The notes under the pieces: generated by a model | Told to the model about the DNA's origin: nothing | The model's database searches: none | What the model saw: the letters and a program-made list of their open reading frames with translations, nothing else | Shown: positions 20,758-30,089 of the stretch, piece by piece | Layout: each line of letters opens with the position of its first letter | How positions within the stretch are numbered: the first letter of the stretch is position 1 | Position numbers and translations under genes: made by a program | Source: a virus | Length of the DNA: 64,000 bases | Virus record (IMG/VR): IMGVR_UViG_3300031857_000025 | Strand: one strand, 5' to 3'

Positions 20758-21015
20758 ATGAATTACATAAGTAAAAAACAAAAACATTTTGCAAGCATCC
20801 AACCCGGAGTAGAAATTGGAGCTCGAGTAGTAAAAATTGGAGACCGTGGAGACATTTCATTTGCTTTACGTAAATGGAAAAAGGGTCTTAAAGATTCTGG
20901 TAAATTAGAAATCCTAAAGGAACGGCAAGAATATATTCCTGCTTCAGTTACTAAAAGGATTAATAGAGAAAGGGCTAGGTTTATAGCTCAAAGAGAATCA
21001 GAACGAAACGGTTAA
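20758..21015 (+). CDS. rpsU: Phage-encoded ribosomal protein bS21 with N-terminal extension
   Basis: DISFALRKWKK...SGKLEILKERQEYIPASVTKR...A matches the bS21 pattern I..ALR..K....G......R..Y..PS..R; basic, 85 aa. Confidence 0.88.
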   Translation: MNYISKKQKHFASIQPGVEIGARVVKIGDRGDISFALRKWKKGLKDSGKLEILKERQEYIPASVTKRINRERARFIAQRESERNG

Positions 21016-21030
21016 CAAAACAAAGTTTAT

Positions 21031-21059
21031 AAAAAGATGTCAGTAACGGCATCTTTTTT
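21031..21059 (+). terminator. Intrinsic terminator after bS21
   Basis: AAAAAGATGTC-AGTAAC-GGCATCTTTTTT hairpin (one G-U pair) with U tract. Confidence 0.75.
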
Positions 21060-21186
21060 ACTATTCGTTATATATATAATTGTTAATGATACCGTAACAG
21101 TCTATTATACGGTCACTCAAATTATATTATACAAATTATTAAGACTCTGAATAGTCTTATTTCCAAATTAAATACGAGGACAAATT

Positions 21187-22062
21187 ATGAACAAACTCTT
21201 AAAAGAGGCAATCGCAGATGCTAAAGCTGTTCGTGAGACTGCATTAGCAAACGCAAAAATTGCATTAGAAGAAACATTCAGACCAAGACTTCAAAACATG
21301 ATTTCTGCCCGTTTAGCTGAAGAAGAGGATATGGACGACGACATGGATGACATGGACGATGAAGAAATGCCAGCTCCTGCTCCTGCTGAAGAAGGATATG
21401 AAAATGATGAAGATGGTACTCCTAATCCAGGACCAGCTATTGAAGAAGAAGATGACATGGACGGTGTAGATGAAGAATTAGATCTAGAAGCTATCATCCG
21501 TGAACTTGAAGGCGATGAAGAAGAAATGGCTACCGAAGGTGAAGAAGAAGAAATGCCTATGGAAGGTGAAGAAGAAGAAATGGCTAATGAGGCTGAGGAC
21601 AAAGAAATGGACGAGGAAATTGATATCAATGAAATCATCCGTTCTTTAACTGAAGAAGAAGATTCTGAAGAAATGACTAACGAAGAAGAAGATTCTGAAG
21701 AAACGCCAAGTAAGGATCTAGAAGAAGCTTATCGTGTTATCAAATTCATGCAATCTAAACTTAATGAAGTAAATCTTCTTAATGCAAAATTATTATTTTC
21801 TAACAAGTTGTTTAGAAATTATGAGTTAAATGAATCTCAAAAGATGAAAGTAATTGAAAACTTTGACCGTGCAAATAGCTTGCGTGAAGTTAAATTAGTT
21901 TACAGTACTATCTGTGAGTCATTGACAACTAAAAAAGCAAAAAAACAAATCAAAGAAAGCTATGCTTCTAAACCAACCCGTAGTACTGCTCCAAAGAAAG
22001 AAATTCTTTCTGAAGGAAATGCTTTAGCTGCTCGTTGGAAGAAATTAGCTAACTTAAAGTAA
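21187..22062 (+). CDS. Prohead scaffolding/core protein (gp22-like)
   Basis: Very acidic low-complexity middle, helical ends, directly upstream of MCP. Confidence 0.8.
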   Translation: MNKLLKEAIADAKAVRETALANAKIALEETFRPRLQNMISARLAEEEDMDDDMDDMDDEEMPAPAPAEEGYENDEDGTPNPGPAIEEEDDMDGVDEELDLEAIIRELEGDEEEMATEGEEEEMPMEGEEEEMANEAEDKEMDEEIDINEIIRSLTEEEDSEEMTNEEEDSEETPSKDLEEAYRVIKFMQSKLNEVNLLNAKLLFSNKLFRNYELNESQKMKVIENFDRANSLREVKLVYSTICESLTTKKAKKQIKESYASKPTRSTAPKKEILSEGNALAARWKKLANLK

Positions 22063-22083
22063 AAAATTAACAAAAGGAAAAAA

Positions 22084-23787
22084 ATGAATTTAAACTCATT
22101 ATTACCTCATGAATCAAATGCAACTCAACATGCTGCTGCGATCGCTTTGGAAAAGAAGTGGCAGAAGACCGGTTTGTTGGAAGGTTTGAACGGAGAGGTT
22201 GAAAGACGTGGTATGGCTGTTCTTTTAGAGAACCAAGCCAAGCAACTTGTAACTGAAGCAAACCAAACTGGTACTGGTGCAAATGCAGAAGATTGGAACG
22301 GTGTTGCCCTTCCATTGGTTCGTCGTATCTTTGCTGAAATTGCTGCGAAAGATTTCGTTAGTGTTCAGCCAATGAACTTGCCATCTGGTCTAGTGTTCTT
22401 CTTGGATTTCAAATATGGAAACAAGCAAGGAACTACTGGTACAGCTGGTGGTAACGATTTCTTATCCGGTGTTGGTCGTACTTCACAAAACGATTCTGTA
22501 TTCGGTGTAACTGATGCTACTAAAGGTACTACTGCCGGAACCGAAGGTCTTTATGGCGCTGGTCGTTTTGGATATACTATTAACGATTATAGCTCATCTC
22601 AATTAACTAATATAACGCCTGCTACTGCAACTACTGCTATTGCAACTACTAGATTTGCAACCGGCTCAGTTAGCCCAGCTGATGTTAACTTTGACACTGA
22701 ATTCTTGAATAGCACTGGTTCAACTGCTGCTTTAATTCAAACTTTAGATGTTAAGTTGTCTGACCTTGATGGTGCTGATACTAACGGTGTACGTGCATTT
22801 AACTTAGTTGATGCTGACGGTGATATTACAGCTGTATATCCTCAATTCACTAAATTGGTAACTCGTGCAGCTACTAATGATACTGTTCGTTTCGTTGTTA
22901 AATTAGCTTCCGCCGGTGTTACAGTAACACCAAACGTAGTATACCATAAGCAACCAGGTTCAAGCACTCGTGGTGATTTTGAAGATGTAAATGCAATCGG
23001 TGTAAACGGAGCAACGCCAGGTTCAACTTTGGATATTCCAGAAATTAACTTGGAATTGCGCTCTGAGGCTATTGTTGCTAAGACACGTAAGTTAAAGGCA
23101 ATCTGGAGTCCAGAATTTGCTCAAGACTTGAATGCTTATCATTCAATTGACGCTGAAGCAGAATTGACTTCAATGTTATCTGAGTATATCTCTCAAGAAA
23201 TTGATTTAGAGATCTTGGATATGTTGATTCAAAATGCCCAAACAACTGAGCGTTGGTCAGCTCAAATTGGTTTTGTATATGACGCAGCTACTACTTCATT
23301 CGTGAATGGAGCAATCTCTGGTCAAGCATACAACCAAGGAACTTGGTTCCAAACTTTAGGAACTAAGATTCAAAAGGTATCAAACCAAATTCACCGTTTA
23401 ACTTTACGTGGTGGAGCTAACTTCTTAGTATGTTCTCCAACTGTAGCAACTATCCTAGAGTCTATCCCAGGATATGCTGCTGATACTGACGGTGATAAGA
23501 TGCAGTTTGCAATGGGTGTTCAGAAAGTTGGTGCTATTAACAATAGATTCCAAGTTTATAAGAACCCATACATGACTGAAAATACCATCTTAATGGGATA
23601 CCGTGGAAGTCAATTCTTGGAAACAGGTGCTGTATATGCTCCATATATTCCATTGATCATGACTCCATTAGTGTACGATCCAACTAACTTCACTCCAAGA
23701 AAAGGTGTGATGACTCGTTACGCTAAGAAAATGGTACGTCCAGAATTCTATGGTAAAGTATTTGTACATGGTTTAGACCGCGTATAA
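22084..23787 (+). CDS. Major capsid protein (T4 gp23-like)
   Basis: LLENQ, LVRRIF, VQPMNLPSGLVF, AKTRKLKA.WS.E.AQDL.A.H.IDAE.EL, YAPYIPL, F.P.KG.MTRY. Confidence 0.97.
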   Translation: MNLNSLLPHESNATQHAAAIALEKKWQKTGLLEGLNGEVERRGMAVLLENQAKQLVTEANQTGTGANAEDWNGVALPLVRRIFAEIAAKDFVSVQPMNLPSGLVFFLDFKYGNKQGTTGTAGGNDFLSGVGRTSQNDSVFGVTDATKGTTAGTEGLYGAGRFGYTINDYSSSQLTNITPATATTAIATTRFATGSVSPADVNFDTEFLNSTGSTAALIQTLDVKLSDLDGADTNGVRAFNLVDADGDITAVYPQFTKLVTRAATNDTVRFVVKLASAGVTVTPNVVYHKQPGSSTRGDFEDVNAIGVNGATPGSTLDIPEINLELRSEAIVAKTRKLKAIWSPEFAQDLNAYHSIDAEAELTSMLSEYISQEIDLEILDMLIQNAQTTERWSAQIGFVYDAATTSFVNGAISGQAYNQGTWFQTLGTKIQKVSNQIHRLTLRGGANFLVCSPTVATILESIPGYAADTDGDKMQFAMGVQKVGAINNRFQVYKNPYMTENTILMGYRGSQFLETGAVYAPYIPLIMTPLVYDPTNFTPRKGVMTRYAKKMVRPEFYGKVFVHGLDRV

Positions 23788-23806
23788 TCTTAACTGATTG
23801 TATATT

Positions 23807-23835
23807 AAAAGGGAAGCTTCGGTTTCCCTTTTTTT
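23807..23835 (+). terminator. Intrinsic terminator with UUCG tetraloop after MCP
   Basis: GGGAAGC-TTCG-GTTTCCC followed by T7. Confidence 0.92.
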
Positions 23836-23843
23836 ATGTCTTT

Positions 23844-23851
23844 ATATTTAT
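23844..23851 (+). promoter_or_regulatory. Late-type promoter box ATATTTAT
   Basis: Directly after the MCP terminator, 16 nt before phoH. Confidence 0.6.
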
Positions 23852-23867
23852 ACAAAAGGTAAAAGTT

Positions 23868-24548
23868 ATGGACCAACCAACCAAGTTATCAAATTTAGAA
23901 AAGCGTAAGCCTAAGAATCCTATTAAGTTTAAATTGGAACTTAATGAAGAGCAAAAGGTAGCTAAGTCATTAATATTTGATAATCCAGTAGTATTGATCA
24001 AAGGACAAGCAGGTTCTGGTAAAACTCTACTTGCATGCCAATGTGCATTAGATATGTTTTTTAAACGTGAAATTGAAAAAATAGTTATCACAAGACCGAC
24101 GGTTGCAAAAGAAGATATCGGATTCCTACCTGGCGACTTAAAAGAAAAAATGGATCCATGGTTAGCTCCTATCTATGCTAATCTATACATGTTATATAAT
24201 AGAGAAGGTGTAGATAAAATGGCAGCTGAAGGTAATATTGAAATTGTGCCATTTGCATTTATGCGTGGACGTACTTTTCCAAATACATTTGTACTTGTAG
24301 ACGAATGCCAGAACATAACACATAGTCAGACTGAAATGATGTTAGGTCGTTTAGGTAAGGGCGGTAAGATGGTATTCTGTGGTGATATTAGTCAAACAGA
24401 CTTAAAAAATAAAAAAGATTCTGGTATTAGTTTCTTTACTCGTCTTGAAGAAAATGTTAAAGGTGTACGTGTTTGTACTCTTAAGACTAATCACCGACAT
24501 GAAATTGTTGAGCCAATCCTTAATATTTACTCAGAATACCGTGATTAA
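23868..24548 (+). CDS. phoH: PhoH family ATPase
   Basis: GQAGSGKT, GFLPGDLKEKMDPW, FMRGRTF, DECQN, GD.SQ.DL. Confidence 0.96.
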   Translation: MDQPTKLSNLEKRKPKNPIKFKLELNEEQKVAKSLIFDNPVVLIKGQAGSGKTLLACQCALDMFFKREIEKIVITRPTVAKEDIGFLPGDLKEKMDPWLAPIYANLYMLYNREGVDKMAAEGNIEIVPFAFMRGRTFPNTFVLVDECQNITHSQTEMMLGRLGKGGKMVFCGDISQTDLKNKKDSGISFFTRLEENVKGVRVCTLKTNHRHEIVEPILNIYSEYRD

Positions 24549-24711
24549 AAAAGTCAAAGTGTATCTACTATGAATTAGATATTAACTAGGACTTATAGAA
24601 TAGTATACTTGTTCGGTAATGATACTATAGTATAATAAAAATACCATAGTTATCATACTACATGTACTGCATGAAATACATATTTATATAAAAAATGCAT
24701 AGAAGAGCTAC

Positions 24712-25065
24712 ATGCGAGTAATACAGGTATTTTCACAAGGACCGCAAGGTATTCCTGGACCAATAGGCCCACAAGGCCCACAAGGTCCTGCAGGATCTTC
24801 AACAGCGGCAGGTCCATTTTTTATTAAAGCAGATCAATATAATACGTGGTTTACTACAAGTAGTATTTTAATTTCTAGTTCATTGCAAATACAAAGTGAT
24901 GAGGATAATTTATTAACAGTTAATAACAGTACTGGCAGTACTATTTTTACTGTAACGCAAAGTGGTTATGTGGTTATAGCTACACAGAGTATGTTATTAA
25001 CTAATCCTGCACCATATGGCGGAATATATTTTACATCGTCTAGTTTTTTTGTAGGATTAGAATAA
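24712..25065 (+). CDS. Small structural protein with short collagen-like repeat
   Basis: GPQGIPGPIGPQGPQGPAG; late box 24680-24687. Confidence 0.65.
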   Translation: MRVIQVFSQGPQGIPGPIGPQGPQGPAGSSTAAGPFFIKADQYNTWFTTSSILISSSLQIQSDEDNLLTVNNSTGSTIFTVTQSGYVVIATQSMLLTNPAPYGGIYFTSSSFFVGLE

Positions 25066-25119
25066 ATAGTTAAAATGAAATATTTATATATATAATTAAA
25101 AAGAATAACAGGATATAAT

Positions 25120-27123
25120 ATGTCAACTCCGACTTGGAAAAAAGTTATAGTATCAGGAAGTCAAGCTGAGTTAGGTGAGTTAAACGTCGGTGCTAACCAA
25201 CAAATATCTAGCTCTGCAGCGGATACATTTTTATCTGGATCATTTTCCGGATCATTCTCAGGTAATTTTAGTATAGGACCTGCTGAAGATGGAACTTATA
25301 CAGATGGTTTATTTACTGACTTTATAACAACAACTCCAATTGGTACAGCTGTTGATAGATTTAATGAGGTATTACGTGGACTAGCTCCATTACAAGCACC
25401 GTTATTAGATTATATTGATGCTACTAGTACTAGTACAAGGGCAAATAATCAGCGGCTATCATTTGACGCTACTAATACAACTGCTTCATATTCGCCTATG
25501 TCCGGTAGTATTACTGCATTTGCTAATATTACTGCATTTAATATGGATTATGCACAAACAGCCGGTGACGGTGGCAATAACATACGATTAGGAGTTATAG
25601 CATCAAGTACTAATCCAGTCGTTTTAACATTAAATAATGATGTATCTGCCGATTCAGCAACAGCTGTTAACTATCCAGCAAATGCATTTAGAGTAACTAA
25701 TGATGTCGGTTTTGGTGAGTCTTATACATTAAATGTTAATGGTAATAATTTTAGTTATACTACTGCTAATGCTAATGCAGTATCTAGCCAAAATTTAGGA
25801 GCAGGTCCTGCAACTATAACACTTGCTGCAGCAAAAACAGGTTCATTTATAAATTCCGGTCAGTCATTTAATTTATGGTGGCACAGAACCGGTTCGGTAT
25901 CAATACCGACATCAATGTGGAGAAGTGGTTCTAATTTTGCAATTGTATCATCATCATTAGGTGTATCATCCGCATATGTAGATTGGGTATATGATCCATT
26001 AGCATCATCAACCGATACTTTATTTCAGTATAGCATAACAACACCTGTATCAGCTTCTATCGATACGGGTAGTATTGTATGGTTATCTGGAATTCCATAT
26101 TGTAATAAATTTGAATATGTGTTTAGTTCATCTATTGATAATTACTATCGTAATACATTTGCAACTACAGCAATTGGCGCAAGTAATGCTGCACAAGGGT
26201 TTAATACATTCCAACTAGGTAACATAACTACTACTATATTAACAGCGGCGGCTGTATCGATTGCTACACCGACATCACCGTCTAGCAGTTTACAAGTTGC
26301 TAGCACTCATAGCGTTAACTCCAACCAAGCTATAACAGGTTCTACTTTATCATCAAGATTTACTGTTACAAATGCATTTGGAAAGACAGCAAATTCAACA
26401 GCATTAACAACGCCAAGAGTAATTGTTAACAGACATAGTAATTCCAATAGTACTACCAGTGAGACATTTACTGGTGAAAATTATCGATTAGAATATGGTA
26501 TTACATATGATAGCCAAGCTAATGTTACTACGTACCTAAATCAATATCCAAGTGCATCTAGTTTAGTCGCAGGTGGTAATACTGATGAGTTAGCAGTCTG
26601 GGTTGCGCCTGGTAGTTCGCCGGTTGGACGTTTAACATACCCGACTAGAGCATTCGGCAGTAGTGTAGGAGGAAATATAAGCGGTATAGGTGCATTATAT
26701 CCTGATAACGCATTTGCATCGCATCCAAATTATAGTGGAGCAACTGGTACACGTTATTATCTGCGTGCCTTCCAAAATGGTGACAGTGTTAAGGCACAAT
26801 TTACTATTGCAATTGCCGGCAGTGGATTAACATTTGTAACAGAAGGAGCTTCAATTGGGTCAAGTATAAAAGTATCAGCAAAGATTCCTGGTACAACAGC
26901 TTGGAGAGACGTACTTACCGGCGCACCTGGTTCGACAGTTGGAATACCAACAGATACAGATAACACATACGGATGTGGATCAGGTATTACTCCACTCGCT
27001 ACTAGCCTAGCCGGTTCAGTAAATTTTGTAAACCAAAATGCAGCTGCAAATCAATATGTATTAATACGCATTACAGCAGCTGCCGGATGGACTGGTACAA
27101 TTACAAGTATATCGTTAACATAA
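25120..27123 (+). CDS. Putative tail/virion structural protein
   Basis: 667 aa, S/T/A/G-rich, SGSFSGSFSG repeat, late box 25080-25087. Confidence 0.65.
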   Translation: MSTPTWKKVIVSGSQAELGELNVGANQQISSSAADTFLSGSFSGSFSGNFSIGPAEDGTYTDGLFTDFITTTPIGTAVDRFNEVLRGLAPLQAPLLDYIDATSTSTRANNQRLSFDATNTTASYSPMSGSITAFANITAFNMDYAQTAGDGGNNIRLGVIASSTNPVVLTLNNDVSADSATAVNYPANAFRVTNDVGFGESYTLNVNGNNFSYTTANANAVSSQNLGAGPATITLAAAKTGSFINSGQSFNLWWHRTGSVSIPTSMWRSGSNFAIVSSSLGVSSAYVDWVYDPLASSTDTLFQYSITTPVSASIDTGSIVWLSGIPYCNKFEYVFSSSIDNYYRNTFATTAIGASNAAQGFNTFQLGNITTTILTAAAVSIATPTSPSSSLQVASTHSVNSNQAITGSTLSSRFTVTNAFGKTANSTALTTPRVIVNRHSNSNSTTSETFTGENYRLEYGITYDSQANVTTYLNQYPSASSLVAGGNTDELAVWVAPGSSPVGRLTYPTRAFGSSVGGNISGIGALYPDNAFASHPNYSGATGTRYYLRAFQNGDSVKAQFTIAIAGSGLTFVTEGASIGSSIKVSAKIPGTTAWRDVLTGAPGSTVGIPTDTDNTYGCGSGITPLATSLAGSVNFVNQNAAANQYVLIRITAAAGWTGTITSISLT

Positions 27124-27137
27124 CGTAAGAGAATAAC

Positions 27138-27806
27138 ATGGCAACTACACAATATAATCAATTAGCAATTGCATACAAAAAATTATCCGGAAAGTCTCAT
27201 ACTAGCGTCAATTTTGACCCTGGCAATGAAACAATCGGATCTGGTGTACAAATATCAGCATTACAAACATTCGGTCAAGATGTATCAACTACTACTGCAG
27301 TACGTTCTACAGCATTAGGTAATACATCCACAAATGCATCTGGTGAAACTGTAGTACAGTATGTAAGATTCACGTTAACGGGAATTGGTACATCACTAGT
27401 AGCCACTGGACTTGGTAATGTAACAGGCAATACTAGTATCGATGATACCGGAAATGAAACAGCAGCTGCAAGCTTGTATCATGCATATGCGTTATCATTA
27501 CCATCAGACTATGAAAGTAATTCCGCATATGCACATACAAAACGCGGAACATTTCCATTCAAAGCTAATCAATCATTTTCTGGAAGTAATGGTAGGTTAC
27601 AAGTAATACCTGCACGATTTGCTTCCGGTTCTATTATCGACCAGTTTGATCCTAAGGTATTAGAAAGCAATGTCACCACAGAAATCACACCAGGTGATCC
27701 TATTGATTGGGTGTTTGATCCTTTTGCTGGAGTATTATATGTACAAGATCCTAGTTCAACTAAAACGCCTGGATTTATAGAAGGCTATTTGTATATCGGT
27801 AATTAT
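27138..27806 (+). repeat. Copy 1 of a ~670 bp diverged direct repeat (copy 2 at 29424-30089)
   Basis: Both run from MATTQYNQLAIAYKKLSGKSH to GYLYIGNY with long identical DNA stretches. Confidence 0.95.
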
Positions 27807-28880
27807 GTCGATGAAGTTATAAATAGTATTGAAGGAGGTGGTGGTGGTTCTGGTAATTATATATCATCAAGTAATGGTAATAATATTGTATCGGCGAGTA
27901 ATGAAAATATTTTAGTACAAGGCGATTACACTACTACAGCAGTTACAATTGTTAATTTAAGTACTACCTCAGCATCATTTGGTGTTCCGGTAGTAGCGAC
28001 ATCATTTACTGGTAGTTTACAAGGAACTGGAAGTTGGTCAGTAGTGGCTGTATCGGCTAGTATTACGGATAATACTAGTACTAATGCAAGTTATTATCCA
28101 GTATTTGTAACAGCATCAGGTAGTCAGGCATTAACTATTGATACTAATACATTATCTTATAATCCAAGTACTAACATATTAACAACTACTGCAAGCTCAG
28201 CATTGACTGCTAGTAATATTAGTACAGCATTTGTCGGGTCAATAGTAGCACCTAATAATCAAATTTTAATATCTAACGGTACTGGTCAAGTTACTGGCAG
28301 TGGATTATTAAGTTTTAACCCTGCTGTGGACGGTGGTCAATTAACTATCGGTGCAGTGACTATAGATGAGAATTCATTTAATAGTACTAATAATGCATTT
28401 ACTTTTAATTTCGGAAGCTCATTAGACAATTATATAGAAATAACCAATGCTAATAACCCTAATGCGGCATTAATAACATTTAATTTATCAGCTAGTTTTA
28501 CTGGTGATACTACATTTGTAAATGCTAATAATAGTGTTTTTGATGACCAGTTTATTTTGTTAGCATCTGGATCAGCTGCTGGTTCTTCTGATCTAGATTC
28601 GGGTATTGTATTTGAATATGGTGATCAAATAGGTACTGGTTCGGCATTGTTTTTTGACGCTTTTTCAACTAAACGTTTAGCATTCCGTTATTCAGCATCT
28701 ATATCAGATACTAATATGACACCCCAATCGTATATTACAACTACATTTGTACATGGCGTTGGTAGTATTAATAGTACCTCTGACGTGGATAATAATTTTA
28801 CAAATGCTGGTGGTTTAGCTACTAACAGTCATGGACTTATGTTTATTGATGATGTCGGTAATATTTATATTAAATCGTAA
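27138..28880 (+). CDS. Putative tail fibre protein (N-terminal domain duplicated in 29424)
   Basis: First ~223 aa nearly identical to the 29424 ORF; GGGGSG linker, then fibre-like repeats. Confidence 0.7.
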   Translation: MATTQYNQLAIAYKKLSGKSHTSVNFDPGNETIGSGVQISALQTFGQDVSTTTAVRSTALGNTSTNASGETVVQYVRFTLTGIGTSLVATGLGNVTGNTSIDDTGNETAAASLYHAYALSLPSDYESNSAYAHTKRGTFPFKANQSFSGSNGRLQVIPARFASGSIIDQFDPKVLESNVTTEITPGDPIDWVFDPFAGVLYVQDPSSTKTPGFIEGYLYIGNYVDEVINSIEGGGGGSGNYISSSNGNNIVSASNENILVQGDYTTTAVTIVNLSTTSASFGVPVVATSFTGSLQGTGSWSVVAVSASITDNTSTNASYYPVFVTASGSQALTIDTNTLSYNPSTNILTTTASSALTASNISTAFVGSIVAPNNQILISNGTGQVTGSGLLSFNPAVDGGQLTIGAVTIDENSFNSTNNAFTFNFGSSLDNYIEITNANNPNAALITFNLSASFTGDTTFVNANNSVFDDQFILLASGSAAGSSDLDSGIVFEYGDQIGTGSALFFDAFSTKRLAFRYSASISDTNMTPQSYITTTFVHGVGSINSTSDVDNNFTNAGGLATNSHGLMFIDDVGNIYIKS

Positions 28881-28899
28881 ATATATAAAACAATTAGTT

Positions 28900-29118
28900 A
28901 TGGCACTAGCAGATAAATTTATAACAGATACTGAAATAAAACATGATATTGTATCAAACAAGTTAACTACAGAAGAATTAGATTTTTTATTACATTATTT
29001 ACGTAATGCTGATCTGAAAGGATATCAAGTTGAAATGTTTTATAATCTAGTTATCAAATTGCAAAATCAATATATCGAACATTCAAATAAAGGTTACAAT
29101 GGAAATCAATCTAGCTGA
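28900..29118 (+). CDS. Small hypothetical protein (start reassigned to ATG 28900)
   Basis: The track start 28831 overlaps the previous gene; ATG 28900 follows the late box at 28861 and a GTTATG context. Confidence 0.55.
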   Translation: MALADKFITDTEIKHDIVSNKLTTEELDFLLHYLRNADLKGYQVEMFYNLVIKLQNQYIEHSNKGYNGNQSS

Positions 29119-29296
29119 AATACAAACCATACGCGCGGCATTAGATGTAATTACAATTACTGGTAAAGATGCTATTTTTATTGCAAACTTACAGACAAAA
29201 CTATCAAATGAAATTACACGACTTCAAAGTACGACGCAAAATTTACCGAACGATAAACCAGTATCAGCTGTACAGAAATCTAACTCAAAAAAATAA
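29099..29296 (+). CDS. Small hypothetical protein, possible fibre assembly chaperone
   Basis: AAGG upstream; ITITGKDA...LQ.KL resembles the preceding ORF (ADLKGYQV...LV.KL). Confidence 0.55.
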   Translation: MEINLAEIQTIRAALDVITITGKDAIFIANLQTKLSNEITRLQSTTQNLPNDKPVSAVQKSNSKK

Positions 29297-29423
29297 CTAG
29301 TATATTTATATATAGAATCTACTAGTATTCATGCATAGTAAAGGAATAATGTTTATATTAAACGTATACGCTATAATAGAGTTAACTATAATTACTAATA
29401 TTATTAGCTAATAATAAGTTCAT

Positions 29424-30089
29424 ATGGCAACTACTCAGTATAATCAATTAGCAATTGCATACAAAAAATTATCTGGCAAATCACATACTAGCGTCAATTT
29501 TGACCCTGGCAATGAAACAATTGGATCAGGTGTACAGATATCAGCGTTTCAGGCATTTGGTCAAGATGTATCAACTACCACAGCAGTACGTACTGGGGCA
29601 ACGTTAGGTAATACATATGCAAATGCATCTGGTGAAACTGTAGTACAATATGTAAGATTCACGTTAACAGGAATTGGTACATCACTGGTACTTACGGAAC
29701 CAGGTGATATATCAGGTACTAGTATTGATGATACCGGAGAAATTTCAGCAGCCGCAAGTTTACATCATGCATATGCATTAGCACTGCCGTCAGACTATCA
29801 AAGTAATTCCGCGTATACGCATGCAAAACGTGGAACATTTCCATTCACGGCTAATCAATCATTCTCCGGAAGTAACGGTAGACTACAAGTTATTCCTGCA
29901 CGATTTGCTTCCGGATCTATTATCGACCAGTTTGATCCTAAGGTATTAAAATCAGATTTAACAGAAATTACGCCAGGTGATCCTATTGATTGGGTGTTTG
30001 ATCCTTTTGCCGGAGTATTATATGTACAAGATCCTAGTGTTAGTACTGTTCCAGCCTTCATAGAAGGCTATTTGTATATTGGCAATTAT
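29424..30089 (+). repeat. Copy 2 of the ~670 bp diverged direct repeat
   Basis: Matches 27138-27806. Confidence 0.95.

Noticed and set aside
21320-21720. GAAGAA-rich repeats in the scaffold gene
   Set aside because: Explained by acidic low-complexity protein sequence typical of scaffolds
23868-24548. PhoH as a novel auxiliary gene
   Set aside because: Very common in large aquatic phages; only its late box and position after MCP are mildly notable
27138-30089. Duplicated segment as a DGR template/variable repeat pair or invertible cassette
   Set aside because: Both copies are coding N-termini in direct orientation, differences are mostly synonymous and not adenine-specific, and no RT or invertase is nearby
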